The translations under genes and the position numbers were made by a program. Below, one piece after another: positions 27,064 through 39,940 of a stretch of DNA of 64,000 nt (its first letter is position 1; each line of letters begins with the position of its first letter). The stretch is from Selaginella moellendorffii. Taxonomy: Eukaryota; Plantae; Lycopodiophyta. A model generated the notes under the pieces. That model saw only the letters and a list, made by a program, of their open reading frames with translations. It had not been told where the DNA came from and searched no databases. The DNA lies in the NCBI RefSeq assembly GCF_000143415.4, contig NW_003314369.1, positions 502,006-566,005 of the forward strand, in the 5' to 3' direction.

Positions 27064-27808
27064 GAGATGGAGTCCGAGATGGACCCAAGATGGAGTCCGA
27101 GATGGACCAAGATGGACCCAAGATGGACCCGAGATGGAGTCTAAGATGGAGTCTGAGATGGACCCGAGATGGAATCCGAAATGGAGTCTTAGATGGAGTC
27201 CGAGATGGACTGAAATGGAGTCCAAGATGGACCCGAGATGGAGTCTGAGATGGAGTCCGAGATGGACCTGAGATGGAGTCCGAGATGGAGTCCTAGATGG
27301 AGTCCGAGATGGACCAAGATGGAGTCCGAGATGGACCCGAGATGGAATCCGAGATGGAGTCCAAAATGGACCCGAGATGGACCCGAGATGGAGTTCAAGA
27401 TGGACCCGAGATAGAGTTCGAGATGGAGTTCTAGATGGAGTCCGAGATGGACCCGAGATGGAATCCGAGATAAAGTCCAAGATGGACCCAAGATGGAGTC
27501 CAAGATGGACCCGAGATGGAGTCCGAGATGGACCCGAGATGGAGTCCGAGATGGACCCGAGATGGAGTCCAAGATGGACCCGAGATGGAGTCCGAGATGG
27601 AGTCCAAGATGGACTCCGAGAAGGATCCGAGATGGAGTCCGAAGTCGAGACCAAGACCGTGACCAGGACTGAGACTGAGACCGAGGCCGAGGCAGAGCCC
27701 GAGTCCGAGTCCGAGCCCGAGCCCGAGTCCGAGTCTGAGTCCGAGTCCGAGTCCGAGTCCAAGTCTGAGTTTGAGTCCAAGTCTGAGTCCGAGTCCGAGT
27801 TCGAGTCT
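27064..27808. repeat. Satellite: GAGATGGAGTCC/GAGATGGACCC 12/11-mers grading into GAGTCC hexamers
   Basis: Directly visible tandem array: 12/11-mers up to about 27641, then hexamers from about 27640 to 27808. Confidence 0.95.
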
Positions 27809-27812
27809 AAGG

Positions 27813-28557
27813 GGGTGAAAGCCCAAAGCATTCATCTCCCAAACCCTAGAGGTTTTAGTGAGCTCCAAAAGTATAGTAGGGGGAGGATTCCAGTGGAGTC
27901 AGTTTGGCCAGGAAAGGCCAGTTTATCCCAGAAAGGCTGTACCTAGGTGTTGGGTGATGGGATAACCACTAGGAAGTCCAAAGCTAGAGTGAATACAGAC
28001 TGACAAGTGGGGTAGCTTGGTGAAGTGTTCAAGAGCCGACTCTAATTCCCCCGAGAGATCAAATGGTCAATGTTCCCAGTCCAAGTGTGAGTGGCACTAC
28101 CTACTTGAATACCTGACGTGGCTCAATGAAACCTCACTCTAAGCTCATGGCTAGAGCACCCAAAGGTGAAAGGCGGGGAGAGTAACCATGAGGCTCATAT
28201 AAGGCCACGGTGTTCCGAAATGTTGTCCCAAAAGCCCAGACTGTGGAAAGGAAGAGGAGTAGTCCTTTGGTGTAGTGACCAAGGATACAATCAGGTGGTA
28301 AAGAGGTCCCAAAGGACCATGGGACTTAGTGGTCGGGCCTGTGGACCTCAATCCAATGGTAGTGTTGGCAAACACGGCCATGGGCAGAAAGGGACTTGGT
28401 AGGGACCANNNNNNNNNNNNNNNNNNNNNNNNNNNNNNNNNNNNNNNNNNNNNNNNNNNNNNNNNNNNNNNNNNNNNNNNNNNNNNNNNNNNNNNNNNNN
28501 NNNNNNNNACCCCCCCCCCCCCCCCCCTTGAGGAACACACGCTTTGGGCTTTCACCC
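27813..28557. mobile_element. Element with 17-bp terminal inverted repeats spanning the assembly gap (probably an LTR, TG..CA at 27816-28554)
   Basis: GGGTGAAAGCCCAAAGC at 27813 and GCTTTGGGCTTTCACCC ending at 28557. The left end is preceded by a purine run. No TSD is seen. Confidence 0.45.
28409..28508. other. Assembly gap (100 N)
   Basis: Run of N followed by a poly-C tract. Confidence 1.
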
Positions 28558-29099
28558 AAAGCTTCCTACTAAATATGGAATATTCCTAGATTGCGAATTT
28601 GGATATAGGACGAACACCATTGTGTTCAAGACAATCTCTACATTCCATAGATATGCCAGATGAGCAAATTTAGACACTTTCCATAAATAGCATTTGGGAC
28701 CGGAATAAGACTAACACAAAGAGCATGATAGCAAAGGTGTTTGGTAAACACGGTAAATTATCATGTAGTGAATATTAAAGGACCAAGCTCAACATCACAA
28801 GGGTTCCCAACATTAACAAGTGCAAGTTAACGAATAAGTTTCTTTAACTAGGTCAAGTATGCTTAACTAATAACATTTAGGAATTTCGTCCTTATGCTCA
28901 TTTGGTCAAGTACACACATAAAGACCAATTTCTCAATTAGCTTAGGTGAAGATTAATAAAGGATCCAGCAATACCAACCTCCTACTGTCGTGGTAGTAAG
29001 GAAAAAATATCCAAAACAACTAACCAACAAGTAATTTTCAATACTTACAGTCACATTTGCAACACCAATGACAAGTACATTTCATGCTTGAGCATCATT

Positions 29100-32000
29100 A
29101 ATAGCCTACAAAAAAGAGGAAAGAAAGGCCATGAAGCTCAAAAGAGCCAAAAAGAAAGGGGTTTAATATGTAGTAGTTATAAAGAAAATATTTGAGTGTC
29201 AAATTACAAAATAGTTGATAAAATAAGAAGAAAAAAAAGTTATGAAGGAAGTAATAGATTAAAGAAGTAACACTAGCAAAAGTTTATTAAGAGTCCATAA
29301 CCAATGAAAAATAAATATGCTTATATTCCAAACCATCACCATGCCCTAGTAAGTTTAAAGCACTAAAGGGTTGAGACTCAAACCCAACTTTTATATATGC
29401 ATCTATAGATGGTATTATCCAAGATGCTTGGTGTGACTCCCCACACCAATGCACTAATTTATACTTAATGTGCACTATGGATCACAACTTAGAAACTTAA
29501 TTCCTTTGAACTTCCAAGTCCTTTCACTTGACAAGCTTATAATTATGCATGTACTCCTGGTCACCCTTTTTGAAGTTAACACTTTTAACTAAGATCTTTA
29601 TTCCTCTGACTTACCAATCTCACTTAGCAAGTCACCTGATTAGTGTAACATAGTTCTATGCATAAGTGTGAAAGTCTTTAAACATCAACTTACATTCAAA
29701 AATATCTCTTTGAACACTCAAGAATTAATTCCCCAACCTTGATAACATTGCCTTATGGCAAATTTCAAGACTACACTTCTGCTGCACCACTCTAATTTCA
29801 TGCGTTCTTATAAACCATTTAAACTTGTCTTTCTAAGTATCTACTAAGAATTATCTTTGGAAATCTTGAAAGGACTCTGTCCCTTAGCTTGAAAGTTTTT
29901 CCTTTTGCAAGCTTTCTAATTACTATATGATCAAAAATGGATAAATTCTATATTTTAGAATTTCTATAGCAATATGATTGTTAATAATAACATTTTCGAG
30001 CACCCACTTGATTCTCCACTCCCAACTTGCATAACCACCCTCAACTATGCCTTTTGATTTTTATAGTTTGATTCTATCCTTTTATTACTTTCTTTTTCGC
30101 TTTATACATTCCTTTTAGTTATTCTCTTCTAAGCTAAGAGGGTAGCTTTGCACTTTCTACTATGCCTTAACATATATTCTTAGGGATGAATCTACTCATT
30201 AGTCTAGGGAGTGGTTATTTAATCTTGATATGCTCACCTTAACCTTCTGGAAGCCCTAGATTCCAAATTATGGCGAGAGATCATGAATATTTGCAAAGAT
30301 TTATATCACCATCTCCAGCTTTCGTCAACCTTGGAAATTGGATAGCATCTTCTATCCATTTTTTTTTAGAGACTTAGTCTGATGGGTCTTATCTAATGCC
30401 TCCATAATATCTCAACACCACCTCTTTGGTGTTTTAAGGTGTTTATATGTTTCAGTGATGCATTTCCCAAACAATGAACATTTCTTATTATAACACTTAC
30501 CCATTATAATGCAATGCAAGCAATTTATTCCCCAAGAGATATATCTAACCTCTTCCTTGCTCAACCAAAAAGTCTCAAGAAGTTAATTCTAACAAATTAT
30601 TCCAAACCTTTGCTTAGTTGTTTCATAGTTATCATATTCTACAACTCATTGTTGATGCTTCTACACATCCATCAATATTTGGTCAAAGCACTTAAATTGC
30701 ATGTCTTCCATCTTAAACTATGCCAATCCCATTTTCATTAACATTCCTTTATTAAGAGGTTCTTATAAACCAATCAACTTCACCTCAAAACATTACATAT
30801 TGGAATATTTAGTGTCTCCACACCATCAACAGTATAAACCTACCCTCACGATACGTCCCACTTGTGTCTAAATTTTTCCCAAAACAATAGTAATAATTTT
30901 TTATGTTAACTATCGGTTAGCATACAATATAGTGTTCATCCACAACTCCTCACTAAAATTACTTTCTTTAATAAACATCTTTTCATGACTTTAGTATGGC
31001 ATATTCTGCTATCAATGAAATACCCACTATTCTTATATTTAAATCTCAAGATTTTCCTATTTCTCCAACACACTTCTATCTAAACAGAGTTCTCCAAGCT
31101 TTTGGGACTATCCCTTAACTCTACTAAGTTATCTAATTTTTAGACTTTGTTAATTCAACATTCCATAAAGCTGTAGCCTCTTTGCTACTTTTGAGGTGCC
31201 ACCACACTTTAATACAACTTTTTGTATTAACATTCTATTCATAAAGACCATCTTTATAAGTGTTACTCTAACACTTGATTATCCTTTGTTTTACATAGGT
31301 TACTTTTGCCCATTGGAACTATCCTTCCATATAAGAATAACACTAACTCATCCTTTGAGTACACCTCCGAAATTCTTTGGGTTGTTCTGATTTTTATTAA
31401 ATGTAGCCCCAACTACCATTTCAAGGACATATATCTTTATTCATATTTGACCTTTTACAATCACCAACCTTTCATGGTTATTAATTCTAATTTCAAATTC
31501 ATAAGCACCATCTTTAACCACATGAGGATAATCTATCGACTCCTTTATTGTCCAAAGTCTCTATCTTTTCTATGATCCCAATTATAATTGTTTATCACAA
31601 CCATATTAGCCAATTTGCTAAGTCAAACATTTATATAAATCACATCCTCAACTTTCTACAAAAAACTTTCTATTGTTTCCAAAATCCTAAAGTCATTCCT
31701 TTATTAGTCATTTTCTATCCTCTACATTGCTTACACATTCACATATGAACTCAAATGGAAAGTCATGCCCTCTTGACATACCACTCCTTGAGAGGATAGA
31801 CCCACTCTTAGGACACTTTGATGCCAATATCAAGTGGTGATATATCTGACCACCAATAAAAGTTAAACTAAAGAATAGTTTCAATACCAAATTGTAAATG
31901 ACTAAATTTTCCATTCTATTTTAGTCACTTTACCACACCTTTAACCATTTGAAGTCTCACTTATAACCTTCATAAGTTCTATTCCTAACTTGGAAACATG

Positions 32001-33830
32001 CTAACCCCATGAATAGCATCTATGCCATTTAGCCTTTGCACTTGTTCCAAGTGCTCCATATATCTAATCCCATGATAAACACCTCAAAGGTATTATTGGA
32101 ATTTTAACCTATTACTCTAAGGCCATATCCATTTACTATTGCCTCACTAGTAGTCCAAAACCATCTATACCATAATCCCTTCTCCCAAAGACTAGAAAGT
32201 GCTATATATACTTCCTTATAATTACACTAATGATTTTAGGAAGGTGGAAAATGGTAACAATGAACAGATGAGATTATCAACCATTCCATGGGAATTGCCT
32301 AGAAAATGATTGATGAAAAAGGATAAATCATAATATTCTATATGGACAAAAAGTCAACACTGGTATATAAAGAATTCCAAAAGTATGCACTTAATATTCA
32401 TATAATTTTCAATGACTATCCATTTGGATATAATGGATGACTTGGGAAAGATAAAGGTTTGTGTAATATTAATCATCTAGGAAAATTACCATTTTAATTT
32501 TTGCAGAAAATCAACTCTAAAAATAAAGCTAGTAAAACTAAAAAAAGTTGAACCATGGTTTACCGCTACTACATTTAACAAATGGGACCTCAATAATGAT
32601 TTTTTCAAGTTCATAAAAATATTTTAACACTATATGACAATGACGCAAACTTGATTAGGAGGGTATATAATTCTTTGACTTCTTAATACATTGTACCACA
32701 CCGAACAAAGGCGTCATTTTGGATCTATTTGCAAGAATAGGAAGCTCACTTGTGGTAGCAGGAACAAACAAGTGCTACCTTTTGTCTTTAGAAGAAGACT
32801 CTGAAATCCTAATAATCTCAAACAAGAAAAGGAAGAGTTAGTAGTTAAGATGAAGAAGGGTAAAGGTAAAGAACCAATTTTTGAACTTCTAGGTGACTCT
32901 AATGAAGAAGTTTAAATTCGAAATTTTGAAGATGATTAATAGCTTTTAAATAAGTAAGTTTTGACATAATTATCACTTATTTAAATTTAACTATATCTTT
33001 ACTTAGTTTTATATGAATGTCTTTAATATATTCTCATTTCTTACATAATTTCTAAGCTTCTGAAATGGAATTATATAAAAAAGAAAACATATGATAACTT
33101 GATAAAATAGAAAACATATAACACTAAAAAATTAAAACATTGGACTCCATCTTATGGTTGTCGGTTTCTTCTTTAGAAACATTGTCGTCTTCATCATCTC
33201 AATTATCAGATACATCACTATCACTATTTGCAAAAGAAGATTTCACCCCATCTTTAGCTAGATGAGTTTTCTTGGGTGGGGAGGAGAAACTAGAGTGGAA
33301 GTTAGAGTGTTAAACTTTGGTATTAGATTATAATGGATTTTAGTGATGAAATTGGAGAGAAAATAAGTATGGGCCACGTAGTCCCATCATCATCCTCAAA
33401 ATGTAATATGGGCCCATTTCACCTAAATTCTCTATCAACATCTTTAGACCTTGCTATTCTCATTTCTACAAGGATAAAATATAAGAGCCTAAAGATGTTG
33501 ATAGAGAATCTAGATAAGAGACAAGGCAATATTTTGGCAGTGGCTAAGAATTTGGACGACCATATAAAGAATGTGGAAAAACTTTGGTGGATCACTTGAT
33601 AAACCTGACCTTAATGAAAGACTAAAAACTTCATTCATTTAAAGTTCCTCTTCCAAATTTAAGAAACATTTGAAATCTATCAAGTCAAATTTTAAAAAAC
33701 ATTAGAGTCTGATATTTGAATCTGACTCTACAAAAACCAAATAATATGCAATAAATTTATCATGATCAAAATATAATACGGTCAAACTTTTTCAGGTAAA
33801 AATTAACTTACTTGATTTCACAATTATATT
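29100..33830. mobile_element. AT-rich, ORF-less region, probably old TE-derived sequence of unresolved class
   Basis: No long ORFs, CpG-poor, and flanked by TE relics. No diagnostic motif could be read with confidence. Confidence 0.3.
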
Positions 33831-33831
33831 A

Positions 33832-34010
33832 AAATATATTATTTTATTTATATTAATAAAAATGATAAAACTACATATTAATTTACAATACAAAATAAAA
33901 ATTCTAATAAGTCAAATAAAATTCAGAATATCAGAATCTTAAAAGGTATATTCTAGGTCTATTTAAGAACATACTACATATCCAATCTACCAGGCTTAAA
34001 CCTTATCCCC
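33832..34010. repeat. Second copy of the 23369-23545 segment, including the right inverted repeat
   Basis: Near-identical direct repeat of about 180 bp. 33979-34007 is the perfect reverse complement of 23333-23361. Confidence 0.85.
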
Positions 34011-34885
34011 GAAGTTTTCATCTCTGTCCAGCTTAGTTTTTAGTTTTGTTGTTTTCATGTGTCGAGGTGCCACCTGTTCAGTGAGCCATTCAGGTGAGAA
34101 GTCTTCATTAAGCTGTTTCTTAAGCAAATCTCCATGGAGTGAAACGTGAGTGTCACTTACCCTTTTGTAGAGCCTCTGAAAGCATTGAAGTGGATTAAGC
34201 AAAAAGCTTGTACTCAAGGTTTTCATAGATTCTTATCCTCTTGCTTCTCTTTTTTTCACTCCTGCAGGCTCCTGAGCTACAAGATCTTTTCTTTTCTAAA
34301 GATAGAGCTTTGTGTAAGAAGTTTTCTCAAGTTTTTTTGCAGAAGAGTTCTTATTCGCTTCTTTTGGTTTGCGCTAGGACGTGTTTGCTGCTGAGGGAAA
34401 TGCAATATCTACTGGATGGAACTGGATGAGGTTGTGCTACGGAACAAGATCATTCTCGAGCTACTACTCACGCTCCCAAGGTTTGTTTCTCAATTTGAGT
34501 CGTTTTCTTATGCTATTTCATCAACGTTTCCTTTTCTTTTAGAAGAGGAAGCACGGCTTTCATTAGTATTCAAAGCCTTTAAATCAACACGTAATTCACC
34601 TTGATCTATTGAGGTGCAATCTTTTTCCGAATGGCAGGCAAAGTTACAGCTCTTGAACGACCTCGAGATGGTGGAGATGAAGATCGTGACAATTAGAGCT
34701 TGCTGGAATAGGTAGCACTTGATCAAATCTTCCTTTCCTCTTTGTTTCATCTGTGTAATTCTCACCTTCTGGAAAGGAATTGGCAGATGAAGTTCTAACG
34801 AAATGATTAGCTACAAACTAATCTTGATCTAAGCTCTGTTGGAAATTTGAATTTCCCGCCCTTCGCCAAAAACCCTAGTCCTACG

Positions 34886-35834
34886 ATGAGCTTTGGGATT
34901 AACAAGCCAAGCGCCGGCGAGCTCGCGTCACTCTGCGGATCATACGACAGGTTTGAGCGCCAAGTCCCTCGCGGCGGCGATCCCAGGCGGCTGGATCTTT
35001 TGCGCTCCCGGCCGCTGCCGCCGCCGCCGCCGCAGAGCCAGCAGCAATCCTTCTCGTCCTCGCAATCCTGGCGAGAATCTCAGGTCACGGCCAGGGATCT
35101 GGTCCCTCGGCCACTCCCAATCTGTAGCCGATCGGACGATGTGATCGAGGAACGGCTGGCTGCTCTGGAAAATCTCGTGGCCGGGGTTGCGGAGAGCGTC
35201 AGCTCCATGCGAAAGTCTCTGGACGATCAAAATCGCGAGGTCTCTTTCATGGTGCGTTCTTTCTTTTTTTTGTCCTGCTCTCTTTATCTAATGTTTTTTT
35301 TCCTCTTGTGAATGGAAGTTGAAAGAGGAGGAAGGCACCATCAAACGAGTGGTCGATCAGATCCAAGCTGTGCCCGCGAAGCTGTCCGGGGATCTCAAAG
35401 CAGCACTCCGAGAGGAAATCAAGCAAGCGCTCTTGGAGTCGGACGAAAAAACTGTGAGCCAATGCATCCCGTCAAAGGATCCGAGAGACAAGACTCCGTC
35501 AAGTGTGGAAACAAAAGAGAAGAAAGGATCGAATAGCAAGAGGAAGTCAGCAAGTGCGGAGGAGCAACGATCTGACGGTAAGACTCTGCTTTTCTTTTTC
35601 GTCTTAGCTTTATCAGATTCTCGTACTTTGCAGATTCCACGACCTTGGATCTCTATTCCCCAAGCGCAAAGGAGCTCAAGAAAATGCGAGACAAGGTCCT
35701 CAGAGCTCGAAGGAGCATTAAGAAACGAGTTTGACGAGATCCTGGTACGAAGAAACTTTTTCTGTTTTAAATAAAACAGTAATGTGATTTTCCAGGAAGT
35801 GAACGAGAACAAATTGGCGAGGTGGAAACTATAA
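34886..35834 (+). CDS. Coiled-coil protein, possibly PRD3/PAIR1 (meiotic DSB factor)-like; multi-exon
   Basis: N-terminus MSFGINKPSAGELASL, an SQQQSFS motif, and a coiled coil (IEERLAALENLVAGVAESVSSMRKSLDDQNRE). A telo-box-like AAACCCTAG lies just upstream. The putative last exon is EVNENKLARWKL with the stop at 35832-35834. The resemblance to PRD3 is from memory only. Confidence 0.5.
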
Positions 35835-35919
35835 TGAATCGATCAGGAAACTATGAGATGAGCTACGGGACGGCGTCCTTCCGAGCCACATCTTCAAATT
35901 CCTGGCCCAAGTTGCTCCG

Positions 35920-36832
35920 CTACCGGTCTTTGAGCTCGTGCTCAAAGCTGAGCAGCGTCTCGCGAATTCTCGGCAAAAACGACTCGAGTTCCTTGGCGAG
36001 CCGGTTCTTCTCCGCTGCGGGCAGGCCCTCGTCCTTGGTGAAGTCGACCTCGATCTAAATCAACCAAGGACGAATCCATCAACTTGGTATGCGCAACTTG
36101 ATCACCAAAGAGCTAAACTTTTACCTGGAGATCGTCCAGCTCGCCACAAGATGCGTCCAGGAACTTGAGAGTTCCCGTCAGGTCCTTGAATTCGTCGAAC
36201 AGCAAGCTCCCTGTAGCAACATCGATCACTCCCTCGAAACAAACAAGAAAAAGAAAGAGAGAAAAACAGTACCTTGGAATCCTAGAGTGATGTCGAAGGA
36301 ATACCCAATGCGCTTCTTGTTACGCACCGTCACGACTGTGGCCTGCATCCATCGCTCACTTAGAAATCTCGGAGAAAACGAAACCAAAGAGAGAAAAAGA
36401 AAGAGAATCTTTCGTTCTTACATCTCCACTGCAGCCCACAACTTCCGTGACTCGAGCCGATCCATCAGCGTACTCGATCGGTTCCAGCGCAAGGAGCATT
36501 TCCTGGGAGCAAAGGAGCACGAAATTTTTTCTCTCCAACGAAAGAACCCAAGCTCATACCTTTAACCTCGCAATTGCCCACGAATTTAAGTTCTTCTCCT
36601 CCCATGTCCCCAGCTGCAAGAAGAAGAATGCGAGATTTCATTCAACGAATTCCATCCGAGGCACGAGATCTACCTGATTCCACGCCGAGCCGACGCGATT
36701 TTGCCGCGAGACGAGCGAATCCCCCTCGGCGGCCGTGAGCTTGCGAGGGACTTCCGCTTGGCAAGTCGCCTCGCGGACCCAGTAGGTGTAGGACGCAGAT
36801 TTGCCGATGGCGGCATCTGCTGGAGCATCCAT
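35920..36832 (-). CDS. Aha1 N-terminal-domain protein (Hsp90 ATPase activator-like), multi-exon
   Basis: SYTYWVREA..GSAWNQAGTWEEKNL..WA..RLK, VTVRNKKRIGYSF and GELDDLQ; ends ELKDR with the stop at 35920-35922. Confidence 0.9.
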
Positions 36833-37559
36833 TGACGCTTAACAAGAAACAACACTGGCCCCTTACCGCGACCTCGATCGATCGAGCCCCAACCGGCTAG
36901 AGTGGAGGAACCCTAAAAGCACGCCAATCGTCCAATTTAGGGCTCCTAGAGATTGGTCTTTAGTGGCAGCGGCCGAGCTGTGGCTTTGCGGCGAGCCCTA
37001 CCGCCCACGGCAAGAATCTGTGAAGCTGCCCACAGCGAAATCTCGCGCCTCAAATCAGCCCCCTGGAACGCGGAGAATCGGTTCTAGAGGTTGACCAGGC
37101 TCTACATTTTCCTACTCTTTCCTTTGTTCCAGCTTCTGGACGGAAGAAGCAAATCTAGCATTGCTTCTATGCTCTAGCTAGGTGAGCGTCCCTCGAAGCT
37201 GGGAGAGCAAAATTTTCACTCGGTACTCCTCTGGAAGCCACTGTCATTCTTCTCTGAGGCTCAAATGGGTGAATACACAGAGTGTTCTTCGTTACCCAGG
37301 AGGATCTCAAATTCTTTGCCGCCAGGCAAAGCCGAGAACAAAAAATGGTGCGAGCACTCACTGACCACTGGATTTCCTCGCCAGTCTCCATTTTTCAAAC
37401 CTAAGATCCAAGCTATACGATTGCTTGGGTACACTTTTGGAGCATGATACTTTTCTCGACATTCAATGAGCACATTGGTGGTAGTGGACGTAAGAGCCAT
37501 CTTCACAGCAATGTGGAAACACAGAGACAGAGAGGGAGAGAGAGAGAGCTCCTCTCATT

Positions 37560-39350
37560 CAGAAAGAACAACTACTTTGTCGTGCAGAAGTTTTTCCTTG
37601 AGCAGCTCCACTCGGGTGTACCCGGATTTACTGCCAGAGCATTGGCCTCGTAGCGTCTCAACTTCTTGAACCGGCTGCTCGTCAACTGGATGATGCTCCC
37701 CTCAGCTGGTGGAACCATGGGATCAGGCATCCCAGATACAGTCCTATTGCACCACTCTCGAGCAGCAGCCATCTTTTGCATTACCGTGCGTACGTCAACA
37801 TGCACCTTGCCTTCCAGTGCAGCTTCGAAAGAAAGCACATACCGTGTATGCTCCAAACACCAACATGGCTTCCATCTCGCAGTGACCTGAGAGATTCCTT
37901 CTGAACTTCAGGCGCCCTCCCGGTTGTACAAACAAAAACATAATCCAGCTGCACAAGCTTATTCCGTGTTGCTTCCAGGACCCATACCACTTCTCCAGCT
38001 CCCGAATGCTCATGAACTCTGATTCTGAGTGCAGATGCCTTTTAGTAGAGAACGGAATGGAACTAAGCTGAGTGATGAAGTATCAGGCAGGATCAGTCAC
38101 CAGTCCCTTTCGAGAAATGACGTCGTTACAGAACCGTTCACACAGCCACCCAGCTTCACTCCAATCCATAAGTGAACTGTGGACTACTGCGCTCGCATAA
38201 GCCACCCAAGGGTCATGATCATCACCAGCATGCTTGTTTCGAAACTCCTCCACGTAAATTTGCTGAATGACAGAACATTCACTTTTCGACATATGCATAC
38301 CTAGGATCCACATTTATAATCCGGTGCTGAAATCTCCTTTAGCTTTCATTGACGCCCTTATAGCTGCTATCAACGAAAGAGGAGATGACTGAATCCCAGT
38401 CTTCAGAGCTGTCTAACAGGTCACTGACTTCCTCGGGCGTCAAGTCGAACATTGGAGCCTCGAACCAAAATCCATCCGCCTCTACTCTCACCCGTTCCCG
38501 TCCAACCAGTTTCTTAGAGGCAATTTCGATGCAGGTCTTATCCAAGATATCCAGAGAGTGTGGGTGCTTGGCTGCGTAATACTCCACATCGCGTTGTCTA
38601 TCCTGGTCATCACCAACCACAGCACCTAGAACTGAGGCATGCTGCATAAACGTCTGCAGTTGTTCCTGCAAGACAGTCCACATAAGCATAAACATGAAAG
38701 TAAGAACGATCACATACCTTGGTGAATCCTTCTGAATGAAAGATTGTCGGTTTTTCATCGAAGGTTCTTTCCACTTCCGTGAAGTGCCAGGCATCGGGTG
38801 AGAGTCCAAAAATCACTTTGTAGTTCCCAACAATGTCCTTCAACGACTCCTCCGCTTTAAAACGCTTCTTGCGATCTGGTTTCTTTAATACAAAGCCGGG
38901 GCACCATCGACAATAAAAGTGAAATCATCCCCCAAGGACGTTCGCTTCTTCAGAAAAGCCTTCAGCGAAAGACCTCAGCTGTGACGTCGGGTTGCTCTGC
39001 ATACGAAAACTTGAGCTCATCAACAAACCAATGAACGAGGCAAGCGCTGGCTAGTTCCACGCTACCACCCATTAACATCCAGTGACTTTGCAGATGTTCC
39101 AGATACACACCACTTTTCTAGTAGAAACGGAGCACATAAGTGAGGTCAATGCCCTGAGCTTGCAAGACTTCCCGTCGCCCTTGGGACCGACCAGCAGGAA
39201 TTCCTGACCAGGACGCATATCACGAATCCACCTCCGAGCTAGATCCTTCAAGTCCGGCAAGCCCCTCCTCTGCCTGGCCTTGGACCTGGTTCCAAAGTGC
39301 CTAGGTAAGGAACTTTGTTTACCTTAGACACATTCTACAAGTTCTCATAC
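37560..39350 (-). pseudogene. Decayed P-loop NTPase plus putative restriction-endonuclease-fold gene, Crinkler (CRN)-like
   Basis: Walker A LLVGPKGDGKS and Walker B FTFIVDG, then GFTKEQLQTF, VDPRYAY, AGWLCERFCNDVISRKGL, LDYVFV and GISQVT. Several stops and frameshifts. Confidence 0.5.
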
Positions 39351-39539
39351 TTGCGCTTCCCGTCGTCCTCCTTAATCAGCTTCCAGGCTGCAGCACTCTA
39401 CCACCATTCTGGATTCTCTATTCTCTGAGAACCCTAAAAGTAAAAAGAAGTTTATCACGATGAATATTCTAAGAGGGAGGTGGTTAAGACTCTCTGGATG
39501 GATGCTGACACGTGAGGCAGTCCCAATCAGAGAGTTGCA

Positions 39540-39940
39540 GTGGCACTATATTTGCTACCGTGAGAAGGCCAAGCCTGGAGGCATTCTTCCACGCACTCTA
39601 GATTCTCCACTTTTCACCAATTCAAAAGAGTGTGGTGTGATCGTCATCAACTCTATCAATGGTTTCAAAGGAAACTCTCATCCGTGAATATGGTAAGGTG
39701 GTGATTGTGCCAAGTCCAGATGCTTTTGATCGTAGCGTCTACACTCTTGAGGCTTTTACCTGGGGTTTTGGGATCTCGGACGTTTCCAGAGATGACCTTG
39801 CCTTGGTACCAGTGGCGGACCTTGTAAGTAAGTTTTTGTTCGAGATTGTTTAGTGTTCAACTGACCCTGATATATAGTTGCTTTCGCATAGGCAAATCAT
39901 GGCTTCGGGCTGACCAATGAAGATCCTAGCTAGAATGCCA
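39540..39940 (+). pseudogene. Fragment of a Rubisco-LSMT-type SET-domain methyltransferase
   Basis: ILPRTLDSPLF, YTLEAFTWGFGI and LALVPVADL|ANH (SET NH motif split by an intron). Frameshifted and incomplete. Confidence 0.6.

Larger units (their letters stand above)
23546..29064 (-). mobile_element. Degenerate LTR retrotransposon: LTR about 26390-29064 (interrupted), PBS, decayed internal region
   Basis: On the minus strand the LTR starts TGTTGC (29064) and ends ..GTTACA (26390). It is followed by TT and TGGTATCAAAGG (26376-26387), a tRNA-iMet-type PBS. The internal region has no long ORF. Confidence 0.5.

Noticed and set aside
27064-27641. CRISPR-like appearance of the repeat array
   Set aside because: Units are contiguous 11-12-mers with no unique spacers, there are no cas genes, and the context is eukaryotic.
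26947-27946. Long ORFs (294, 189, 145 and 127 aa) with SD/ES/HLGL repeats
   Set aside because: By-products of a stop-poor satellite; open in several frames on both strands.
28510-28527. Poly-C tract as a G-quadruplex or PPT
   Set aside because: It abuts the assembly gap, so its length and context are unreliable.
31980-32050. GIDAIHG as a MULE transposase motif
   Set aside because: A single short match with no supporting flanking motifs.
34300-34800. Exon-like fragments upstream of the PRD3-like gene
   Set aside because: Could not be assembled into an open model or assigned to a family.
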